A stretch of DNA of 64,000 bases from Octopus sinensis. Lineage: Eukaryota. The stretch covers positions 11,904,001 to 11,968,000 of the forward strand of contig NC_043007.1 of NCBI RefSeq assembly GCF_006345805.1, written 5' to 3'. The notes below the pieces were generated by a model. It worked only from the letters and a program-made list of their open reading frames with translations, was not told where the DNA came from and did not search any database. Below are positions 10,311 to 22,719 of this stretch, piece after piece. The stretch's first letter is position 1. Every line of letters starts with the position of its first letter. The position numbers and the translations under genes were made by a program.

Positions 10311-11310
10311 AAAATAGAATAGTGTTTCTAATTGTTAGAAGACAATATCTGGTATCCTAACAAGCATTGTTAAACACACTAAAGTTGATCATGGTGCCGG
10401 CATTAAAAATGGTTGCAAATCACTGCTTTTATTCTGACATCTTACATTTGGACAGTATGTATGTTTGGGTGTGCATGAGAGAGAAAATGCAGGTCTCTTT
10501 CTCTTTGTCTTCTTCCTCCTCTCGCTACCTATCAAGTTATATATACATAAATATGTATGTATATACATACATAAATATCTATGTATATACATACATAAAT
10601 ATATATGTATACACATATATAAATATGTATGTTTATTGTAAACAAAATGTCTCATGTTACCATTCTGTGTGTCTTAACCCTCTTTTGTCAGACGGTCCCA
10701 ATCCCCTTACCAATTCTTTAGCTTTCGTCTCCTCTACCAGAGGTTTCCCACGGTTTCCTTTTTTTTAAAACTCACGGGCTCATTTTACAAATGGCCAAAC
10801 CTTTCTTCTCTTGTTTCATATTTTAAAACTTTTATTTTAATACATCTCATATACAATACAGATTGTATGTTTGGATATCCCCTATAGTGAGTGTATGAGG
10901 CACATCAACTAAATTTCACTAAATTTTGTTGTCAATAAGATACTCTAGAAACGCCTTGAATTTTTTTTTTCAGTGGTTGGGTGGCGGTCATTTTACATTT
11001 TTTTTTTTCTTCTGTCTATAAACACATAATTTATTTCGCATGTAGAAGAATTCTCCACATTGTTAAATACAGAATGCTGTTGAAGAACAAAATAAAGAAT
11101 GGGGGGGAAAAAAGAAAAAAAAAATCTTACAAAAATCAAAAATAAGAAATCTGAATTTCAAGGACCAGTTGTTTTTTTTTTGTTGTTTTTTTTTTAGTGT
11201 TTTATTTTTTTTTTTTTCAAAAAAAGAAATTAATTGAAATTCTGTAATCTTCCGATGCCATCTAATTTTCAGTTGATACTGAAATATTTTGCTACAAACA
11301 CATGTACATG

Positions 11311-11356
<46 letters not shown>

Positions 11357-11489
11357 TATATATGCTTACACAATATCCATGACGTATTTAGACCTTCAAC
11401 TCCATAAATCGTGAACGAATCAAAAGTGGGGTAGTACTCCCTCTCCCCCCTCTTTTTTTTTTTATCTTGGCCTTCATTCAAAATAAAAA

Positions 11490-11600
11490 TACTGTGTAAT
11501 GCTGAGCTGCAGTCCCAATGTTTGTGATATACAGATCTCAACTTTGTGCGTGTCTCATTTCGATATGGAGGCACCTTCGTTTCTTCTGTGACTGACTTCA
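11490..11600 (-). CDS. Candidate downstream exon of the minus-strand gene; left boundary arbitrary
   Basis: Acceptor aaaatctttag|TGAAG is phase-compatible with the 14174 exon (..HHDNH-L-KSVTEETKVPPYRNETRTKL), but no clear donor or nearby stop. Confidence 0.2.
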
Positions 11601-11848
11601 CTAAAGATTTTATAAAAATTGCTGCTTAAACATCACACATACAGATGCAGACAAATGCACATGGACACACACATACACACACATATTATAAATATATATA
11701 TACACACATGCACACACATACATATATACACACATAACACACACATATATACATGCAACATACGTATATATTTATATATATTCACACACACTCATACAAA
11801 CACATAATCATGTATCTCTATGTGTGTGTATATATATGCACATATGTG

Positions 11849-11889
<41 letters not shown>

Positions 11890-13019
11890 GCATATATATA
11901 TATATGGGTATGTATGTATATGTGTGTGTGTGTGTGTATATGTATGTGTGTATGTTTGTATGTTAATATCATACCTACCTACACACATCTGCAATGATTT
12001 CATAATAAATTTTTCATTTTCACGTTGTTGTTGTTGTTTCTTTATTTCTTCTTCTTCTTCTTCTTCTTCTTCTTCTTCATTATCATCATCATCATCATCA
12101 TCATTATTTCTATACGTTTCTATGTCAACAACCTGTCTGAAGGTTTCACAAGTTGGATTAGGTTCAAAATATCAAACCATCCATTTCAATTAATTTATTT
12201 TTCAGCTTATATTTATTTACTCCTTACCTATCAAATGTCATCAACTACTCTCTGTGGCTGCCCCCATCTTTAAGAGGTAAACCTGTTCTCCAGCCTAGCA
12301 CATTCTGATAGCCCTTGCCTCTTATATTTTTTTTTACAATGCTACATGTTTCTTTCTCGGAATATTCAAAATCATTTTTGTTTCAGTCAAATAGGCCTTA
12401 AATGTTTTTTTTTGTTTTTTTGATGTTCAAATGAAGTTATTTCATCATCACTATTATTATTTTTACTATTCACATGTAGCAGTGTGGTAAGAAGCTTGCT
12501 TCCCAACCACATGGTTCTGGGTTCAGTCCCGCTGAGTGGCACCTTGCGCAAGTGTCTTCTACTATAGCCCTGAGCCTTATGAGTGGGTTTGATAGGTAAA
12601 AACTGAAAGAAATTTGTTGTGTATATACATGTGTGTGTGTGTGTGTGTGTTTTTTCCCCTGCTTGACAACCAGTGTTGCTGAGTTTACATGCTCCCCATA
12701 GAAAATCCAGCTCCAAAATGACCTCATGATAGCAAAGGTTGGGGTGGGCTGTACCTGCCTACCTTGATTGCTATGGCATTGAGGTAGATCTGGCCACCCT
12801 CGTTAACAGAGACAAAACCCGGATTTAAAACACTGGATGATGATGATGATGATGTTGATGATATATATATATCCATGTCTGTACATATATGTGTGTATAT
12901 ATATATGTATGTATATGTGTGTGTGTATATATGTGTATGTATCTATATATGCATGTGTGTGTATATATATGCTTGTGAAGACCTGTTGAGGCAAGTGAAA
13001 TCGAAATCAAAATCGATGA

Positions 13020-13570
13020 CAACACCACATGACTGGCATCCATGCTAATAGAGCGCTAAGAGCACCATCCAAGTGTGATCATTGCCAGGGCCACTGACTG
13101 GCTCCCATGCCAGTGGTACGTAAAAAGCACCATCTGAACGTGATCGTTACCAGCTTGGCCTTACTGGCACATGTACCAGTGGCATGTGAAAAACAACATT
13201 CGAGTGAGGTCTTTGCCAGTGCCGCTGGACTGGCTCCTGTGCAGGTGACACATAAAAAACACCATTTGAGTGTGCCCATTGCCAGTACCACCTGACTGGC
13301 CCTTGTGCTGGTGGCACGTAAAAGCACCCACTACACTCTTGGAGTGGTTGGCATTAAGAAGGGCATCCAGCTGTAGAAACTCCTGCCAGATCAGATTGGA
13401 GCCTGGTGCAGCCATCTGGCTCGCCAGTCTTCAGTCAAACTGTCCAACCCATGTCAGCATGGAAAGCGAACATTAAACGATGATGATGATGATGACGACG
13501 ATGATGATGACGATGACAGCGATGATGATGATGATGATGATGATGACAGCGATGATGATGATGATGACAG
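13020..13570 (+). mobile_element. RTE 3'UTR-type short element (family E)
   Basis: Internal ggcac(g/a)taaaaagcacc repeats, tggttggcattaagaagggcatccagctgtagaa core, (GAT)n tail. Confidence 0.8.
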
Positions 13571-13643
13571 TGATGATGATGATGAAAGGCAACGTGAAAA
13601 GGTGCTGGTCAACTAGGATGATGGTAATTACTATTTTCTCACA

Positions 13644-13700
<57 letters not shown>

Positions 13701-14173
13701 CAGATTTGCCATCCCTAAATACAACTGGATGCTTCAGCATCTGTCTACAAGGCAGACATTAAATATCAGGCTAAGGGTACTCAATGAACTGTTAATAACG
13801 GTAGCTGTCTAATTCTAGTCATTTTTACTATTAGCTTCTAATGAGGTAGGTGTTGTACACCTTTTTGATTATCACTCATACCTATTTATAAAACAACAGG
13901 AAGATACAGAAGATTCTATTCACAGTTGGAACTTCCAAATCAAAATTATGGGCTTCTACAGTTCTAAGATAATTTTGACAAATTTTCTTTTAAACTCGAT
14001 GTTTCAACCAGCCTCCAATTCTATTTTCGTTTACCTTGCCTTTCTTTATTTCTCCTTTTTGCTAAGTTTGTTTGTTTGTTTTATCAGGATTTGTTTTGTT
14101 TTGTGTTTTTGGTTTTTTTTTTGTTTTGTTTTTTTTATCTATTTCTGCCTTGTTTTTGATATTTCATAATTAC

Positions 14174-14248
14174 AGTGATTATCATGATGAGAGGCTTTTA
14201 GCAAACCGATTCCATCACCCAATACTTGATAACATGATTGGCAGAATT
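14174..14248 (-). CDS. Candidate exon of unidentified minus-strand gene (EFCQSCYQVLGDGIGLLKASHHDNH)
   Basis: Acceptor ttctttaagttatttcag, donor GTAATT, 75 nt, one open frame, phase 1-1. Confidence 0.4.
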
Positions 14249-14321
14249 CTGAAATAACTTAAAGAATATATGCACATGTGTGTGCACGTGTGTGTGCATA
14301 TGTGTGTATGTGTGTGTGTAT

Positions 14322-14353
<32 letters not shown>

Positions 14354-14452
14354 TGAATTTGTATGATTTTTCTATATTTCCTTTTTCTTTAATTTCTTAA
14401 ATCACTCCAAGTTCATATAAGACTTCTAAAATGTTAGACATCATATGAAGTG

Positions 14453-15886
14453 TATCATCATCATCATCATCGTCGTTTAACGTCCGTTCTCCATGCTAGC
14501 ATGGGTTGGACGGTTCGACCGGGGTTCTGGGAAGTGAGAAGGCTGCACCAGGCTCCAGTCTAATTTGGCAATGTTTCTACAGCTGGATGCCCTTCCTAAC
14601 GCCAACCACTCCGTGAGTGTAGTGGGTGCTTTTTACGTGCCACCTGCACAGGTGCCAGGGGGGCTGGCAACGGCCACGGTCAGATTGGTGTATTTTAATG
14701 TGCCCACCGGCACGGAAGCCAGTCGAGGCGGTGCTGGCATCGGCCACGAGTCGGATAGTGCTTTTTACGTACCACCAGACCAGGGATCCTGGCTGGTTCA
14801 ATTCGATTTCGATTTCGCTTGCCCCAACATGTCTTCACAAGCAAAGGGGGTTGGCAAGGGTGCCTGTCGTACGGTCGCATTGGAGTATTTTACGTGCCAC
14901 GGCCACGAGTCGGATAGTGCTTTTTACGTACCACCAGACCAGGATCCTGGCTGGTTCAATCGATTGATTTCGATTTCGCTTGCCCCAACATGTCTTCACA
15001 AGCAAAGGGGGTTGGCATGGGTGCCTGTCGTACGGTCGCATTGGGGTATTTTACGTGCCACGGCCCCGAGTCGGATAGTGCTTTTTACGTACCACCAGGC
15101 CAGGGATCCTGGCTGGTTCAATTCGGTTTTGATTTCGATTTCGATTTCGCTTGCCCCAACATGTCTTCGCAAGCATGGGGGGTTGGGATGGGTGTCTGTC
15201 GTCGGATGAGGTTCTATATCGACTTCGCTTGCCTCAACCGGTCTTTGTGTCCAAGGGAGGAAAGGCATTCATAAGTGGGCTGGGCTCACTTGTCCTGCCT
15301 GGTCTTCTCACGTACAGAATATTTCCAAAGGTCTCGGTCTCTGGTCATTTCCTCAGTGAGGCCTAAAGTTCGAAGGTCGTGCTTCACCACCTCGTCCCAG
15401 GTTTTCCTGGGTCTACCTCTTCCACGGGTTCCCTCAACTGCTAGGGATTGGCACTTTCTCACACACCTATCTTCATCCATTCTCGCCACATGACCATACC
15501 AGCGCAATCGTCTCTCTTGCACACCACAACTGATGCTTCTTAGGTACAACATTTCTCTCAAGGTGCTAACGCTCTGTCGAGTATGTACACTGACATTACA
15601 CATCCATCGGAGCATACTGGCTTCATTCCTCACGAGCTTACGCATGTCCTCAGCAGTCACAGCCCATGTTTCGCTGCCATGTAGCATGGCTGTTCGTACA
15701 CACGCATCATACAGTCTGCCTTTTACTCTGAGCGAGAGGCCTTTAGTCACCAGCAGAGGTAAGAGCTCCCTAAACTTTGCCCAGGCTATTCTTATTCTAG
15801 CAGTTACACTTTCAGCGCACCCACCCCCACTACTGACTTGGTCACCTAGATAACGGAAGCTATCAACTACTTCTAGTTTTTCCCCA
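14453..15886 (-). mobile_element. 5'-truncated RTE-clade LINE (RT C-terminus, long repeat-containing 3' UTR, (GAT)n tail)
   Basis: ORF to the stop at 15286: EKLEVVDSFRYLG..LHGSETW..RRLRWYGHVARM..GRGRPRKTW. The UTR runs continuously to an (ATC)n tract at about 14453. Confidence 0.93.
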
Positions 15887-16109
15887 ATCCAGGTAAATAT
15901 GATTAAATATACATAAGAATTTATGGACTTATTGCCCATTACCTATACATTATTATTGATGCTGCAGACATTCTGATTTGAGGATTTCTAACTTATTCTG
16001 CGAGATGAAAGACTTATAAGAAATTATGTAAAGGTTACACAAAATTCTTAGAAACAAAGCCCATGAGTTCAAATTCAACAACTGCTGCTCTGAATAAAGG
16101 AAAAAGTTT

Positions 16110-16495
16110 TTTTTACTTTTTATTTCATCTTTTTATTTCATCTGGGACACAGCCATTTGTTGTTGCTACATGATTTTACTTCATAAATGCTTTTTAGCAA
16201 TCGACATTTGGTGCATGAGAGAGTTTGATGCAGCTGCCCTCATCTGCACCTCCTGCCGTGAAGTTGGTTCATCTAGGACACCTGACAGGAAGCGGTCCAG
16301 CTTTATTTTGAAGACACCTACATCCACCCATGCAGGTCTCTCAGGTCCTTCAGGAGGATATTGAAGAGCTGTGAATCTCTGAAGCCCAGGCTATTGCAGT
16401 ATCTTGTCCTGCATCTTGATGGCAAATTTGGAGTCCTTGGCACTATGCAGTGACGCCCAGTTCTAGTATTTGTGTAACTCTCGATGCCAAAGTTA
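16110..16495 (-). mobile_element. CR1-like LINE 3' fragment (same family as 38921-39830)
   Basis: Reverse complement of the ...PDEPTSRQEVQMRAAASNSL.. region and its 3' UTR. Confidence 0.85.
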
Positions 16496-16684
16496 CAGAC
16501 ACCAAAACTATTTTTTATTTTTGTAAAGATTTCTTTCTTTTTTTTTTTTTGAGTTAAAAAACCCAGAAGCCTGATTGTTATTTGGTTAAGAAGTTCACTT
16601 CTCAGTCATGAAGTTTTGGGTTCAGTCCCACAGTGTAGCACCTTCAGCAAGTTCTATAATAGCCCCTAGTCAACCAAAGCTGTA

Positions 16685-16880
16685 TAGGTAGAAACCCTTC
16701 CAGGAAATCTACGCTTCCAGCTTAGTTTTTCTTGGAGGGCTGGCCGTGATCTAGTAATCTCAAGATTAATCAGCCGAAATTACTACGATGATCCGGTTCT
16801 TGACTGAAGACTGAGGGGTTCGAATGTCCTGTCCATGTTTATTGTATCGTCTTCTATGAGTTATACGTTCTTGTCCATGT
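16685..16880. repeat. Unclassified structured interspersed repeat, copy 1
   Basis: Homologous to 51340-51570 (aatctcaagattaatcagccgaaatt..atgatccggttcttgactgaaga). Confidence 0.75.
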
Positions 16881-16910
16881 TGTATTTTTCTACATACCTT
16901 AATATATATA

Positions 16911-16955
<45 letters not shown>

Positions 16956-17149
16956 TATGTGTATGTGTATGTGTGTGGAGATAGTGATGCAGATAAATAT
17001 GATTGGGCTTGGTATATATAAATATACATCTCTCCATATACACATATAGACACACATAGCTATACATAGAGCTGTATATAGATACAATGAAAGTATTTAG
17101 TTATATGTATTCATATTTATCTCTCTCTATATATATATCTATGTATTTT

Positions 17150-18025
17150 AATGTATCATCCTCATCATTTAACATCCGTTGTCCATGCTGGCATGGGTTG
17201 GACAGTTCAACCAGAGCTGGCAAGCTGGGGAGCTGCACCAGGCTTTAGTCTGATGTGGCATGGTTTCTACAGCTGGGTGCCCTTCCTAATGCCAACCATT
17301 TTACAGAGTGTGTTGGGTGCTTTTATGTGGCACTGCACGAGTGCTTTTATGTGACACCAGCACAGGAGTTTTGCAGATCAATCCTCTTCATGAGGGGGAC
17401 CAGCCTTAACACTTCTGCTGTTCTGCTATGGTGCATGGGTCTTCTTCCATACAGCAAGGTGCCAGGCATGTTCATCTTAAGTCATCTTGCCTGAAAGGTT
17501 CAACGTCCCGAGTTCATCCTTCAGTACTTCAGCTCATGTCTCCCTGGGTCTTCCACTTCCATGTGTTCCATCTACTTTGAGAGATTGGCACTTCTTTATG
17601 GAGTTGTCAGGATCCATCCACATCACATGACCAAACTAGCGCAGTCTTCTCTCTTGCATACAGCATCTAATTCCTCGTATAGCTAACTTCCCTCTTAATA
17701 CTAACACTTAAAACTAGCACTCTGTCACACATGTACACTTACATTACACATCCAGTGGAGCATACTAGCCTCATTCCTTTCTAACCTTTGCTTGTTCTTT
17801 GCATTCAGGGCCCATGTCTCACTGCCATGTAGAATTGCTGTCTGTATACATGCATCATACAATCTTCCTTTCACTCAGACACAGAAACCTTTTGTAATCA
17901 GCAGAGGTTAAAGCTCTCTGAATTTCCTCTCTCCTATTCTTATTCTCTAGCTATCACACTCTCTGTGCATCCTCCCCCACTACTAATTTGGTCCCTTAGG
18001 TAACAGAAATTATCTACTACCTCTA
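17150..18025 (-). mobile_element. Older degraded RTE LINE copy
   Basis: Diverged homolog of 14453-15886 with stop codons and a shorter 3' UTR. Confidence 0.85.
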
Positions 18026-18263
18026 ATAAGGCCAACAGGGCATTTGAGAGAATCAATTGCCAGAGTCTCTGTAGTTTTTATGGATCCTGTGCATCTTCCA
18101 CATATTAACACCACCTTCTCTGATAACCTTCCTATTAATCTACTGGGAAGGTTATCAGAGAAGTGTGTATATATATATATATATATATAAAAGTATCATA
18201 AGAGACAGAAATCCCCATAAAATTCATCAAATCAGAATATAAATTCAACAATGTCTTAGAATG

Positions 18264-18520
18264 TGGAGGCACGTGGCTTAGTGGTTAGGGTGTCAGCATC
18301 ATGATCGTAAGATCGTGGTTTCAATTCCTGGACCGGGCAACGCGTTGTGTTCTTGAGCAAAACACTTCATTTCACATTGGTCCAGTCCACTCAGCTGGCA
18401 AAAATGAGTAACGCTGCAATGGACTGGCATCCCGTCCAGCTGGGAAACACATATGCCATAGAAACCGGGAAACCAGGCCCATGAGCCTGGCTAGGTTTAA
18501 AAGGGCGCATCTATTTTTTT
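18264..18520 (+). mobile_element. SINE head C with tail 1
   Basis: tggaggcacgtggcttagtggttagggtgtcagcatcatgatcgtaag..gcccatgagcctggctaggtttaaaagggcgcat. Confidence 0.9.
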
Positions 18521-18843
18521 TATGTCTTAGAATATTATATTTAATACTTACTATTCATGTTCAAAGTTGTCGACTACACGTGTTTCATGAGGTTGTATAC
18601 TATGTTCTTGAGACACGCAATCTCTTACAGAACCTCCCCTTATATACAACCCCAATCTTCAGGTCCACCTATCCCCTGTTTATAATTTTATCTATCATTA
18701 TATATTACGGAGATGTACTCGCATAGCAAGTAATTTGATCTGAGATCATGTGCTGAAACGAAAACAATTGCAGTGTGGAAGGTGTTTATAAGCCATTTAA
18801 GAAACACAAAAGCCGTTCGATTCACTTCAACATTTAAGTTTAA

Positions 18844-18893
18844 TTTGTCAAAATATTTTCGTTGCTAAAATCCGCGACCTGTTCACTGACAAA
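18844..18893 (-). ncRNA. Minimal hammerhead variant with G3-C8 core (mirror copy)
   Basis: Same motif on the minus strand; stem II 3' strand is GCAAC (one mismatch). Confidence 0.62.
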
Positions 18894-18917
18894 AATCCAT
18901 GCTGCATAGCACAGATT

Positions 18918-18967
18918 TTTGTCAGTGAACAGGTCGCGGATTTTAGCGACGAAAATATTTTGACAAA
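18918..18967 (+). ncRNA. Minimal hammerhead variant with G3-C8 core
   Basis: UUUGUCA-GUGAACA-G-GUCGC(ggauuuua)GCGAC-GAA-AAUAUU-U/UGACAAA. Confidence 0.7.
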
Positions 18968-19321
18968 TTAAACTTAAATGTTGAAGTGAATCGAACGGCT
19001 TTTGTGTGTTTCTTAAATGGCTTATAAACACCTTCCACGCTGCAATTGGTATCATTATATATTTCAACTTAAAGGTATATCAAACCATATGGATGTATAA
19101 ATAAGTTCCTAGTATGTCAAAACATATAGATGTGTAAATAAATTCATTGAATCCTGCAGTTTAAGCCTTAATTAATTAAAATTAAATGTGAATTATGCCA
19201 AAAAATATATATAAATGAAAAATATATACGAATGAAAAAATATATACGAATGCAGAAAAAATATATACTAATGAGAAGAAAATATAAAATTATAAGAATA
19301 AAAATTAAAAAGATATATATA

Positions 19322-19714
19322 AGGCGCAGGAGTGGCTGTGTGGTAAGTAGCTTGTTTACCAACCACATGGTTCCGGGTTCAGTCCCACTGCGTGGCACCT
19401 TGGGCAAGTGTCTTCTACTATAGCCTCGGGCCGACCAAAGCCTTGTGAGTGGATTTGGTAGACAGAAACTGAAAGAAGCCCGTCGTATATATGTATATAT
19501 ATATGTGTGTGTCTGTGTTTGTCCCCCTAGCATTGCTTGACAACCGATGCTGGTGTGTTTATGTCCCCGTTACTTAGCGGTTCGGCAAAAGAGACCTATA
19601 AAATAAGTACTGGGCTTACAAAAAGAATAAGTCCCGGGGTCGATTTGCTCGATTAAAGGCGGTGCTCCAGCATGGCCGCAGTCAAATGACTGAAACAAGT
19701 AAAAGAGTAAAAGA
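19322..19714 (+). mobile_element. SINE family A
   Basis: Full-length head-to-tail match to the other family A copies. Confidence 0.92.
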
Positions 19715-20039
19715 GAGTATATCCAAATGAAGTGGATGATTTAGAAATGAATGGAAACTCATACAAATGACAAAAATTCAGGTGAATGTTATTTGTAAAA
19801 TATGAATGAAGATATGAAAAAGTATATGGAAAAAAATATAAAGGGAAAAACATTTAAAAATGAAAAAAATGAAAAGATTATATATGCAGGAATTAATTTA
19901 TAAATTTATATAATTAGAATTAATTTAAAATGTGAAAGTTAAAATGTAAAAGAAATATATTTTCCATCTACCCCTGGATATCATGGCGCTAAATTGAGCT
20001 AGTTCCAATTTACACTGCAAGGTTCTAAATATATGTGTG

Positions 20040-20083
<44 letters not shown>

Positions 20084-20159
20084 AATAAATATCAATGCAA
20101 ATATCGAAATAAATATCAATGCAAATATCAAAATAAATATCAATGGAAATAGTAGTTGT

Positions 20160-20532
20160 GATACCTGTGCCGGTGGCACATAAAAAGCACCATCTGAACG
20201 TGGCCATTGCCAGCGCCGCCTCGACTGGCTTCTGTGCCGGTGGCACATAAAAAGCACCATCCAAACGTGGCCGTTGCCAGTGCCGCCTCGACTGGCTTCT
20301 GTGCCGGTGGCACATTAAAAGCACCAACCGTTCGTGGCCGATGCCAGACTCCCCTGGCACGTAAAAAGCACCCACTACAGTCGCGGAGTGGTTGGCGTTA
20401 GGAAGGGCATCCAGCTGTAGAAACACTGCCAGATCAGACTGGAGCCTGGTGCAGCCCCTGGCTTCCCAGACCCCGGTCAAACCGTCTAACCCATGCTAGC
20501 GCGGAAAACGGATGTTAAACAATGATGATGAT
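20160..20532 (+). mobile_element. RTE 3'UTR-type element (family E)
   Basis: Internal repeats ggcacataaaaagcaccatc..gccagcgccgcctcgactggcttctgtgccggt; (GAT)n tail. A second copy follows at about 20625-20885. Confidence 0.85.
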
Positions 20533-20927
20533 ATGTGTGTGTGTATGTATGTATGTATATTTATATATATTAAGTCTAATCCTGTTTATCTGCAGGACCT
20601 ATTGCATCAAGAGAAATTGTTTGAGAAGAACTGTTGAGTCAAGTGAAATCCTTGTGGTCGATGCTAGTGCTGCCTGACTGGCTACCATGCCAGTGGCATG
20701 TAAAAAGCACCCACTACACTCTTGGAGTTGTTGGCATAAAGAAGGGCATCCGACTGTAGAAACCTTGCCTGATCGGATTGGAGTTTTATACAGTTTCCTG
20801 GCTTGCCAGTCCTTAGTCAAACCATCCAACCCATGCCAGCATGGAAAGCAGACGTTAATCAATGATGATGATGATGATGATGATTATCTCCATATCATCT
20901 CACCTGGACGTCTTTTATAGCTATCCT

Positions 20928-21161
20928 ATTTCTTTACTACCCACAAGGGGCTAAACACAGAGGAGACAAACAAGGACAGACAGACGGATTAAGTTGATTA
21001 TATCGACCCCAGTGCGTAACTGGTACTTAATTTATCGACTCCGAAAGGATGAAAGGCAAAGTCGACCTCAGCGGAATTTGAACTCAGAACATAGCGGCAG
21101 ACGAAATACTGCTAAGCATTTCGCCCGGCGTGCTAATGTTTCTGCCAGCTCGCCGCCTTTC
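20928..21161 (-). mobile_element. SINE family D with 14-bp TSD
   Basis: TTTATAGCTATCCT at 20914-20927 and 21162-21175. Confidence 0.9.
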
Positions 21162-21631
21162 TTTATAGCTATCCTTTACACCATAGAACTAGTCCTTAAT
21201 AAAAATTTCAGAGTTCAAATCATTTGAGCACTACTACATGTTTTCTACATTGACCATCTCCAGCTCTCACCTTTTGACTGCGTGCATGTGCATGTGTGTG
21301 TGTGTGTGTGTACGCGCGTGTGCAACCAATACTGTTATAAACATGGTGTCATTGTTTCTCATCTGCTGTGAAAACATGCCTGGCCATGGGAAAATATTAG
21401 CTTGCTTGCCAATAAATCATTACCCCCAGGAAGGGCATCTGGCTATAGAAAATCTGCTTCAAGGAATTCCACCTGTCACATGCAAGTATGGCAAAATGGA
21501 GATTAAAACAATGAAGTGGTGGTGGTGGTGGTGGTGAAGAAGATGACAACAATGTCATTATCATCATTGTCATCATTGCCAGCGCTCTGTTACATGGATT
21601 TCTAACTTATTCAGTGAAATGAAAAGCTTAA

Positions 21632-21851
21632 CCCTTTCATTACCAGCCCGGCTGAAACCAGCTCTGGCTCTGAGTACAAATGTCTTGTTTTCATAAGTTT
21701 TGCATTAAATTCTTCTACCAAACTTTAGTCACAATTTATGTTCCTAACACTAGCTTAATGATAACTAGGTTATTTTACTAAATTCTTTGTTATATTTAAA
21801 GTAACTGAAAGAAACACAGAGCATCTCAAAATAAATACGTTAACGAAAGGG
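21632..21851. mobile_element. piggyBac-type MITE
   Basis: TTAA|CCCTTTCATTAC ... TTAACGAAAGGG|TTGA. Confidence 0.88.
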
Positions 21852-22075
21852 TTGAACAAAATTCTTTGAAACAAAAACCATGAGTTCAAATTTAACAACT
21901 GCTGCTCTGCAGAAAGGTAAAACAAAAACAAAAAAAAGCATCCAGACACACCAAAACAATTGTTTTTTGGTATATAGATTTCGTTCTTTTCTGTTCTTTA
22001 GTTACAAAGCTGGCTGTTATTTGGAATTTGTTGTGTTCAGCAGATGAGGGATAGCTCTCCTCTTTGAAATGTTAC

Positions 22076-22134
22076 CTGTCCTAAAAATAGATGGCTTCTC
22101 TACAATTGCCTCTATATATTGAGGTGAATTATGT
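22076..22134 (-). CDS. Candidate exon (HNSPQYIEAIVEKPSIFRT)
   Basis: Acceptor ..ctcccaaaatacag, donor CAG|GTAACA, 59 nt, phase 2-1. Confidence 0.45.
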
Positions 22135-22705
22135 CTGTATTTGGGAGGGGTAGTAGTGGTTTTATGTCAGGTGTTGAGAGGTTAATGTATGATTGAGGAC
22201 AAGTACAGGTGTTTTACTATAGAAGAGAAGTACATGTTACCCCACCCAGGGATACAATGACACTCCATGACAGCAATATATATTTTAAACATTACACTCC
22301 CAGTATTCTTGCTTATTACTTTCACACAAAATAATCTCAAAGACACAGTATATCTGTCATATCTCTTCACAGCTCAGGGAAGATTTTTTTTTTTTAGTTA
22401 AAAGAAAGTTTTGTAACTTAAAAGGAAAAAAAAAAGAAAGAAAATGAAAGATTTCTTTGAAATTTTCAAACATAATGGTGGAATAAATGTCTGAATGTCT
22501 AGGTTGCTTTTTTAATAAGATTATAATTTTTCAGAATATTAATGTCATCTTAAGAGATGAAATATTTTTCTTTGATATTTACATCTACAGAGATGTAAAT
22601 ATTAAAAAAAAAAAACATGTTCATCTCTGAAAAATTGTGGCTGATGCTATCAAAAATTATAATGTGATAATGACAGACTCTTTTGTGGATAAAAAAGATA
22701 TCTAC

Positions 22706-22719
22706 CTGATGATGGACAC
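22706..22719 (-). CDS. Candidate 14-nt microexon (VSII-R)
   Basis: tttaac..cattcctctcacacag|GTGTCCATCATCAG|gtagat; its length bridges phase 0 to 2; the donor is weak. Confidence 0.28.

Larger units (their letters stand above)
18765..19048. repeat. 284-bp near-perfect palindrome (inverted Penelope-like terminal repeats)
   Basis: caattgcagtgtggaagg... pairs with ...ccttccacgctgcaattg; arms about 135 bp; centre tgctgcatagca. Confidence 0.95.

Noticed and set aside
14176-14257. Plus-strand terminal exon DYHDERLLANRFHHPILDNMIGRILK* after a T-rich tract
   Set aside because: Its phase does not fit the C16orf89-like donor and there are no other plus-strand partners. The minus-strand reading fits a longer chain. 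Not fully excluded.
16775-16830. Type II hammerhead reading of GAAA...ATC...CTGAAGA
   Set aside because: Stem I does not form and five extra bases separate A9 from stem II; kept only as an unclassified structure.
22182-22370. Minus ORF KRYDRYTVSLRL.. as an exon
   Set aside because: Its phase is incompatible with the adjacent candidate exon and the acceptor is weak.
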